This document shows positions 57,807-64,000 of a stretch of DNA of 64,000 nt, one piece after another. The DNA comes from Coleofasciculaceae cyanobacterium (GTDB lineage Bacteria; Cyanobacteriota; Vampirovibrionia; Vampirovibrionales; Vampirovibrionaceae), in contig DATNPJ010000034.1 of the NCBI GenBank assembly GCA_036703295.1, positions 85,482-149,481 of the forward strand, read 5' to 3'. The translations under genes were made by a program, and so were the position numbers. The notes below the pieces were generated by a model that was not told the origin of the DNA, searched no databases, and saw nothing but the letters and a program-made list of their open reading frames with translations. Position 1 is the first letter of the stretch, and each line of letters begins with the position of its first letter.

Positions 57807-59354
57807 TTACGCAGGCGTCCCGCCTGCTTTTTGCAGCAGATGGGCATTTTCCTCGCGCAGTTTGGGTTTGAGAATCTTGCCGGAAGGGTTCTTGGGCAAT
57901 TCATCGTAGAAGCGCACCGCCGCAGGTACCATGAAGGGGGGCAGGTTGTCCCGGCAGAATTTCTTGAGCTCGGCTTCCGTCACGGCCTGATCGGGCTTGA
58001 GTTCAACACAAGCCACGATATCCTCGCCGAGTTTTTCATCCGGCACCCCGATAACAGCCGCATGCAGCACGGCCGGATGCTGGTAGAGCACATCTTCAAT
58101 CCGCATGGGGGCGATGTTCTCACCGGCTTTGATGATCAGATCCTTTTTGCGCCCGCCGGAGATGTACAGGTTGCCATCGGCGTCAAACTTGCCCAAATCA
58201 CCGGTGCGGAAATAACCTTCCGCGTCAAACGCTTGGCTGGTTTCCTCGGGCAGGTTGTAATAGCCTAGCATCACGTTGGGTCCTTTCACCAGAATCTCGC
58301 CTTCCGCAGATTCCCGGCCCGGTTCGACCGGAATGCGGCTGCCGTGATCGTCCACCAGCTTGATGACCACATTGCCCAGCGGTTTGCCGACCGATTTGGG
58401 AATGGCGCCCCGCTCCCGGTCGTTGACGGCGAGCACCGGCGAGGTTTCAGTCAATCCATAGCCTTCCAGCACCATCAGATCCAGGGTGCTTTCAATCTGG
58501 TGCAGCAATTTCTCCGGCAACGAGGCCCCGCCCGAGATACTGACCCTCAGGTTGGACAGATTTTCCTTGCCGACCTTGTGCAAGCTGTTGAGCACCACGC
58601 TGAACATGGTGGGCACCAGCGGCAGCACGGAGACCTTCTGCTCGATGACAGTCTGGATGATTTTCTTGGGCGCGAAGTTGGGCACCAGGAAAAGCGGCGC
58701 CAATTGATGCAGGGCGTACAGGCCAATAATCAGCCCGTAAGCATGGAAAAGCGGCAGCGCGAGCAGCAGGCGCTCCTCGTGGCCCAGCTTGAACCGGGTG
58801 TGGATGCCTTCCAGGTTGCTCCACAGGTTGTTCTCCGATAGCATCACGCCCTTGGGCTTGCCGGTGGTGCCGGAAGTGTACATCAGGATTCGCATGGCAT
58901 TCGCGTCACCCGCTGGCACGCCTGTAAAATTGGGATTGCCTTGGGAAACGGCGTCTTCAAAGGAGGGCAGCGTACCGCCTTCCGGCTGATTGGCCACCAA
59001 AATGGGAATGGGTTTGCCTTCAAAATGCGGGGCGAAAGCCTGAGTGGTCAGAATCAACTTGCTGCCGGAGTTCAGGATGACATACAGAATGTCTTCCGGG
59101 GGCAATTGAATGTTGATGGGCACCACCACGCCACCGGCGTACAGCACCCCAAAAAAGCCCACCAAAAACTCTTTCTGGTTCATGAACATCATCGCCACCC
59201 GGTCGCCCGGCTGGATGCCCTTGGCCTGCAATGCCGAGGCCAGGCGAACGGCTTTCTCCCGCAGTTCGCTGAGAGTCCACTGGGCCTCGTCTTCCACCAG
59301 GACGGGGTAACCCGGATCAGTATTTTGGAGCAATTTTTCAAATAGCAGGCTCAT
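57807..59354 (-). CDS. fadD: Long-chain fatty acid--CoA ligase (AMP-dependent synthetase).
   Basis: AMP-binding motif MYTSGTTGKPKGVM and the GYGLTE and GDLGKFDADGNLYISGRKKDLI blocks are present. The start was chosen at MSLLFEK with a GAGAGGGA SD. Confidence 0.88.
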   Translation of the reverse strand: MSLLFEKLLQNTDPGYPVLVEDEAQWTLSELREKAVRLASALQAKGIQPGDRVAMMFMNQKEFLVGFFGVLYAGGVVVPINIQLPPEDILYVILNSGSKLILTTQAFAPHFEGKPIPILVANQPEGGTLPSFEDAVSQGNPNFTGVPAGDANAMRILMYTSGTTGKPKGVMLSENNLWSNLEGIHTRFKLGHEERLLLALPLFHAYGLIIGLYALHQLAPLFLVPNFAPKKIIQTVIEQKVSVLPLVPTMFSVVLNSLHKVGKENLSNLRVSISGGASLPEKLLHQIESTLDLMVLEGYGLTETSPVLAVNDRERGAIPKSVGKPLGNVVIKLVDDHGSRIPVEPGRESAEGEILVKGPNVMLGYYNLPEETSQAFDAEGYFRTGDLGKFDADGNLYISGGRKKDLIIKAGENIAPMRIEDVLYQHPAVLHAAVIGVPDEKLGEDIVACVELKPDQAVTEAELKKFCRDNLPPFMVPAAVRFYDELPKNPSGKILKPKLREENAHLLQKAGGTPA

Positions 59355-59415
59355 GGAACATCCCTCTCGATCAATCAATGTTATGCAGTGGCCAAATTAA
59401 TACAGGAACTGGAGC

Positions 59416-60372
59416 TTATCTCTGCATGGCCTGCCTTAATTTGCCGTGTACGGTTTTCAGGCGCTGCAAGGCTTCCGGTAAAGCAATTTTATCACAGGCC
59501 ATCAGTACGGCCGGTTTGACCTGGTATCCGGTTTCCTCCAGGTACTGCGCCGCCTCTTCCACGGAAACACCCGATAAGGCCGCCACCATGCGGCGGGCCC
59601 GCTCTTTTAATTTTAAATTGGTGGGTTGCACGTCCACCATTAAATTGCGATAGGTCTTGCCAATCTGGATCATGGCCCCGGTGGTTAGCATGTTCAACAC
59701 CAATTTCTGGGCGGTCCCGGCTTTCATGCGCGTGGAACCCGCTATCACCTCCGGCCCGACTTCCGCCACAATCGGCTGATCCACCGACTGGGCCAATTTG
59801 GAGCCTGCATGGCAGGTAATCCCCGCAGTAAAGCAGCCCCTTTTCCGGGCTTCCTCCATGGCGGCCACCACGTAGGCCGCGCCGCCACTGGCGGAAATGC
59901 CCACCACCACATCTCCGGCCTGCGCCCCGGATTGGGCCACATCCGCGCGCCCTAAGTCGGGATTGTCTTCCGCGCCCTCCACGGCGCTTTTCAAGGCTCG
60001 GTCGCCGCCCGCGATGAACGCCTGCACCAGTTCCGGCGGGGCACCGTATGTTGGGGGGCATTCCGAGGCATCCAGCACGCCCAGCCGTCCGCTGGTGCCC
60101 GCGCCAAAGTAAAACAGCCGATGTCCGTTCTCAAAAGCTTCCGCGATTTTATCCACCACCGCCGCAATCTGGGGGATGGCCTTTTCAATTGCTTCGGCTA
60201 CCAGCCGGTCTTCGGCGTTGATCTTCTTCAGCACATCGACGGAGGAGAGCAAGTCGATATCCTCGGTGCGCGGGTTCACCTGCTCGGTGGGAATGACGTT
60301 TTTCAGCGGGTTGTCGGATCCGGTGGTGGTGGTCATGATTCGCTTTCCTGCGGGGCCGGTGGAAACTGGCAA
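59416..60372 (-). CDS. murQ: N-acetylmuramic acid 6-phosphate etherase.
   Basis: SIS domain with FGAGTSGRLGVLDASECPPTYG and a conserved C-terminal region. Confidence 0.88.
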   Translation of the reverse strand: MPVSTGPAGKRIMTTTTGSDNPLKNVIPTEQVNPRTEDIDLLSSVDVLKKINAEDRLVAEAIEKAIPQIAAVVDKIAEAFENGHRLFYFGAGTSGRLGVLDASECPPTYGAPPELVQAFIAGGDRALKSAVEGAEDNPDLGRADVAQSGAQAGDVVVGISASGGAAYVVAAMEEARKRGCFTAGITCHAGSKLAQSVDQPIVAEVGPEVIAGSTRMKAGTAQKLVLNMLTTGAMIQIGKTYRNLMVDVQPTNLKLKERARRMVAALSGVSVEEAAQYLEETGYQVKPAVLMACDKIALPEALQRLKTVHGKLRQAMQR

Positions 60373-60448
60373 AGCGCCCGGAGTTGGTTCCCGGCCATGG
60401 CTGATGTTTAATTAGTTTAAACCATCCCCATCCGCGAGAGGAACCGAC

Positions 60449-61204
60449 ATGAACACTTCCGCTCATGAGTACCAAGCGCAAATTCTGGCCGTGATTCCGG
60501 CGCGGTATGCTTCCACGCGTTTTCCGGGCAAGCCGCTGGTGGATATTGGCGGCAAACCCATGATCCAGCACGTCTGGGAGCGCGCAAGTCAGGTGCCGGA
60601 AATCGGCCGGGTGATCGTGGCGACCGATGACGCGCGGATTGAGCAGGCCGCGCTGGCTTTTGGGGCGGAAGTGCGCATGACGTCCCCCGAGCATCCCTCC
60701 GGAACCGACCGCATCTGGGAAGTGGCCCAGCCCCTGCCGGAGTTTGAGTGGATCCTCAATCTGCAAGGCGATGAGCCGTTTATGAACCCCGAGCATCTGG
60801 CGCGGGCCATTGGGGCGATTGGGCAGTTTCCGGCAGCGGATATCATCACGCTGGTGACGCCGATTGAAGACGCCGACAGCTTCCAGGATCCCAATATCGT
60901 GAAAGCCGTGCTGACGGATGGCGGCGAGGCCCTGTATTTTTCCCGCGCGCCGATTCCCTATCATCGGGATGAGCCAGAAACGCCCACCGGGGCCTTTCGG
61001 CATATCGGCTTGTATCTCTACCGGCGTGCCGCGCTGGCGAGATTCACCCAGTTGCCGCCTTCTCGGCTGGAGATGACCGAAAAGCTGGAGCAGTTGCGGG
61101 CTTTGGAAGCGGGCATGAAAATTTTCGCCGTGGTAGTGGATGCGGCCCCGGTGGGCATCGATACCCCGGCGGATCTCGTCCGGATTCTCGATTCTGTGTC
61201 GTAA
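60449..61204 (+). CDS. kdsB: 3-deoxy-manno-octulosonate cytidylyltransferase (CMP-Kdo synthetase).
   Basis: AVIPARYASTRFPGKPL...VIVATDD...LQGDEP match KdsB signature blocks. Confidence 0.9.
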   Translation: MNTSAHEYQAQILAVIPARYASTRFPGKPLVDIGGKPMIQHVWERASQVPEIGRVIVATDDARIEQAALAFGAEVRMTSPEHPSGTDRIWEVAQPLPEFEWILNLQGDEPFMNPEHLARAIGAIGQFPAADIITLVTPIEDADSFQDPNIVKAVLTDGGEALYFSRAPIPYHRDEPETPTGAFRHIGLYLYRRAALARFTQLPPSRLEMTEKLEQLRALEAGMKIFAVVVDAAPVGIDTPADLVRILDSVS

Positions 61205-61337
61205 GGGTTCCCCTCTCTCAAAAAATGGGTTTATAATTGACCTCACACCTGAGAGCGTTCAAGGTGTGTCGTTTGTTAGAGTTGAGTAATTACCTCCCGT
61301 ACCGGGCATAACATGACAGTCACTCAAGCGTGGGAAT

Positions 61338-62009
61338 GTGATGATGCATTTGAATAACCCGTTCATTCGGCGTGGCTTGGCGTTTGCCTTTGCTGCCACG
61401 CTTGGCATGATGGGCCTTGGAGGCGCAGCCTTCGCCACGACGCCTGCGGCGGAGCCCGCTTTGGATTTGGTGGATAGCGCCGGGGTCATGCGGCCCAAAG
61501 AGGAACCGGTTCAAATCAGCGAGGTTCCGGCAGGCCCCCTGATGGCGGGGCGTGCTTCCGACCAATACCGCAAGCAGGCCGCTGTGGTGGCCAGTTATAT
61601 TGCCAATTACAACAAGAAATTGGCCTGGTCGGATGTTTCCGCCATTTCGGATGCCATTGTGCAGTACAGTAACCGTTACGGTGTGGATTACCGGCTGTTG
61701 ACCAGTATTATTGCCGTGGAATCCTCCTTCCGGCGGGACGTGGTTTCCAGTTCCGGCGCCATCGGGATGGGGCAGCTGAAGCCTGATACGGCCAAATGGC
61801 TGGGCGTGCTGGATCCCTATGATCCGGTCGACAATATTGCCGGTACGGCCCGGTTTCTGTCCTGGCTGGTCCGCAAGTACAACGGAAACCTGGAGTCCGC
61901 CCTTTCGGCCTACTACCAGGGGCCGGGCTACGTGGATCGCAACGGCATCACCCCCGTCTGCTTCCCATACCTCCAAAAGGTCAACCGCGCCCTGGGCGGC
62001 TTGATGTAA
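61338..62009 (+). CDS. Lytic transglycosylase (Slt domain) with signal peptide.
   Basis: Signal peptide GLAFAFAATLGMMGLGGAAFA. The catalytic ES motif AVESSF and the AIGMGQL block are present. Confidence 0.8.
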   Translation: MMMHLNNPFIRRGLAFAFAATLGMMGLGGAAFATTPAAEPALDLVDSAGVMRPKEEPVQISEVPAGPLMAGRASDQYRKQAAVVASYIANYNKKLAWSDVSAISDAIVQYSNRYGVDYRLLTSIIAVESSFRRDVVSSSGAIGMGQLKPDTAKWLGVLDPYDPVDNIAGTARFLSWLVRKYNGNLESALSAYYQGPGYVDRNGITPVCFPYLQKVNRALGGLM

Positions 62010-62114
62010 TTTTTAAAACACGGCAATTTTGAAGAGCCCTTGGTTTTTGTTGTGGGAGAAAAGCTCTCCGCTTTAGGCAACCCCTAAAAGCCCTTAAAAG
62101 CAAGGATCCGTGCC

Positions 62115-63260
62115 GTGTCCGCCTCTGTTTCCGGAAACTCGTTTCAGTTCAAGAATGTCCTGCATGATGTCGGCGGCAGTCTCTACCGCGGGATTGTGCT
62201 GGGACCGCGCAGCTCGGCCCGGTCAATCAAGGCCTTCGAAGTGCCGCTGGTGCCCTTGCTGCCGCTGGCCTTGGCGATTAGCTCGCTGGTGTACCAGCAG
62301 GGCGTGGAGGCCATCAAGCCGGGGGGCGATCCCAAAGCCTGGCAGAAGCTTCTTTTGCAGACCGGTATCGGTTCTCTGCTCCTGGAGCATACCAAGAATG
62401 TTTTTCCGCTGTGGGGACTGGGAATCAGTGCCTATCACGCAGGACGGGCGCCCAACATGATGGAGAAGCTCCACAGCCTGGTGACAACCGTGCTGACCTT
62501 GGGCTTCGGTTATTCGGGCTATCACCTGACGAAGGGCTTCAGCCTGGAAGCCCAGCAGGGGGAAAATCGGGAAATCCTGGAACTCCTGGGTGATGCCAGA
62601 CTTAAACCCTGGATTGCCGGGCTGAAAAAGAACTATTCTGTCCCCGGCGCTTATAACCTGGCGCAACGGCTGGAATCTCTGGAGAAGATGCTCCGGGAGG
62701 AGCAGCGGCTGGTCACGGTGGATAAGCTGAACCCCCTGGATGAGCAATTGAAAACCATGCGTCAGCAGTTGCAGGACCTGAAGTTGGATGTATTAGAGCA
62801 TATTCAAGCCGTTGAAACCGGTATGAAGGGAGGCCGGATTATTGCCGCGGAGAAGTTTTTGCCCCAGTCTAAACCTGCTCGGCTTCTCTATGAGGGTCTC
62901 CGTGAGGCTTTGCATGATTCTACCAGCGCGGCCGGCCGCATTACGCGTCTGCTGAATCCAGCGGCCGGATTCATTCTGGGGGGCTTGTTGCTGGGTGGTA
63001 TGGCGGCTAAATCCATCAATCTTTGGCTGGATCAGCGTTACCCCCACCTGAAGCGCCAAAGACCGACGGATATTTTTTATAATCATGCAACCTTACTCCC
63101 CAGTCACAATCGTCATCCGGTTTCCTATCAACCCCCGGCAGGAGTGCAAAACTCCCCGGCAGATACCTATGCCGCCAGCCTGTATGGCCCGCAGATAGGC
63201 CGACCCGGTTATTATAGGCCCACGCCCCAGCAACACGCGCACGGTATGCCGTCTTCGTAA
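62115..63260 (+). CDS. Hypothetical membrane-associated protein.
   Basis: 381-aa ORF with hydrophobic segments near the N-terminus and at ~300 (GFILGGLLLGGMAAK), and a central coiled-coil-like region. Confidence 0.5.
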   Translation: MSASVSGNSFQFKNVLHDVGGSLYRGIVLGPRSSARSIKAFEVPLVPLLPLALAISSLVYQQGVEAIKPGGDPKAWQKLLLQTGIGSLLLEHTKNVFPLWGLGISAYHAGRAPNMMEKLHSLVTTVLTLGFGYSGYHLTKGFSLEAQQGENREILELLGDARLKPWIAGLKKNYSVPGAYNLAQRLESLEKMLREEQRLVTVDKLNPLDEQLKTMRQQLQDLKLDVLEHIQAVETGMKGGRIIAAEKFLPQSKPARLLYEGLREALHDSTSAAGRITRLLNPAAGFILGGLLLGGMAAKSINLWLDQRYPHLKRQRPTDIFYNHATLLPSHNRHPVSYQPPAGVQNSPADTYAASLYGPQIGRPGYYRPTPQQHAHGMPSS

Positions 63261-63374
63261 TCACCTGGGCACTAAACCCAGTGAGAGTTGTTGATTTTCA
63301 GGCTGTTTGAGTTCGGAGGCATGAGGTAAATTTCCCGCAATGCGACGCAGTCGCGAAGCAAAAGCAGGACTGAC

Positions 63375-63968
63375 TTAGAAACGCTCCAGAATGTCCCGTT
63401 CTTCGGGCGGGGACGGTTGGTGGGGCAGTTGCCAGGCGATCAGCATTTCCAGCAACTGGACGGGATCGTGGTTTTCCAGGACCATGCCCCGGTTCTGGAT
63501 GCTGAGGAAGTCCTCCGTCACGGCCTGATCAAAGAGCCGAATCAGCGGATCGTAGTAACCTGCCACGTTCAACAGGCCATGCGGCTTGATGTGCAGGCCC
63601 AGTTGTCCCCAGGTCAACACTTCACAAATTTCCTCGAAGGTCCCGAAGCCGCCCGGCATGGCGATAAAGCCATCCGACAGCTCCGCCATTTTCGCTTTGC
63701 GCGCATGCATGGAGGGCACCACGATCAGCTCGGTGAGGTTGGTATGGGCCAGCTCGCGGGCTTCCAGAAATTCCGGAATTACCCCCATCACCTGTCCGCC
63801 CGCGCCCAGTACCGCGTCGGCAATAATTCCCATCAGTCCCACATGCCCGCCGCCATAAACCAGTGCAATCCCCCGCTCGGCCATGCTGTGGCCCAGGGCT
63901 TTCGCCGCTTCCGCATAGGCCGGATTCCTCCCGGGCCGCGACCCACAGAAAACACAGACGCGCTTCAT
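63375..63968 (-). CDS. LOG-family cytokinin riboside 5'-monophosphate phosphoribohydrolase-like protein (TIGR00730).
   Basis: VCVFCGSRPG...GGGHVGLMG...PGGFGTFEE are canonical LOG/Rossmann motifs. Confidence 0.88.
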   Translation of the reverse strand: MKRVCVFCGSRPGRNPAYAEAAKALGHSMAERGIALVYGGGHVGLMGIIADAVLGAGGQVMGVIPEFLEARELAHTNLTELIVVPSMHARKAKMAELSDGFIAMPGGFGTFEEICEVLTWGQLGLHIKPHGLLNVAGYYDPLIRLFDQAVTEDFLSIQNRGMVLENHDPVQLLEMLIAWQLPHQPSPPEERDILERF

Positions 63969-64000
63969 AGCTTGATGCTACCACATCAGTTACAAAGGGG

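Noticed and set aside
1-64000. CRISPR arrays, IS elements or prophage blocks.
   Set aside because: No regularly spaced direct repeats, no transposase/integrase ORFs and no phage structural gene signatures were seen anywhere in the window.

Overview
High-GC (~58-60%) bacterial chromosomal window, mostly housekeeping genes, with a few lower-GC accessory stretches. The clearest lineage signal is an RNA polymerase operon with a split rpoC: rplJ-rplL-rpoB-rpoC1(gamma, 572 aa)-rpoC2(beta', ~1316 aa). That split is the cyanobacterial-lineage arrangement. The window also carries a flagellar-chaperone FliS homologue and two Flp/Tad-type prepilin genes, which points to a non-photosynthetic relative of Cyanobacteria (Melainabacteria/Vampirovibrionia-like) or a similar lineage. 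This placement is inference, not proof. Other confident calls: glnA, serS overlapping pilT, an AMIN-domain AmiC amidase, murI, a NarL-type two-component operon, mazG divergent from nrnA, waaA, hutH-hutU-hutI, pabB/trpE-family overlapping pyrR, ribD, fadD, murQ, kdsB, an Slt-domain transglycosylase, a LOG-family protein, yebC, and a tRNA-Arg(TCT). No CRISPR array, integrase or transposase was seen. The regions most worth a second look are: (i) a low-GC islet ending at tRNA-Arg (35.2-38.1 kb) with an orphan FliS plus an overlapping 133-aa partner, a RelE-family toxin with an odd upstream partner, and a Flp pilin; (ii) a Fur-family regulator divergent from a His-rich protein/membrane protein operon, with a near-perfect 9-3-9 palindromic operator; (iii) an 838-aa repeat-containing protein with no signal peptide and a C-terminal glycine zipper; (iv) a 338-aa low-GC protein carrying a PI3/PI4-kinase-like D-x-H-x-x-N catalytic-loop motif; (v) a giant (316-aa) Flp-like prepilin with three Cys loops and a paralogous fragment upstream; (vi) an unannotated 44-aa membrane peptide gene; (vii) a tightly insulated cluster of hypothetical genes at 54.5-57.8 kb. 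All functional assignments are by eye from motifs. No database search was run.
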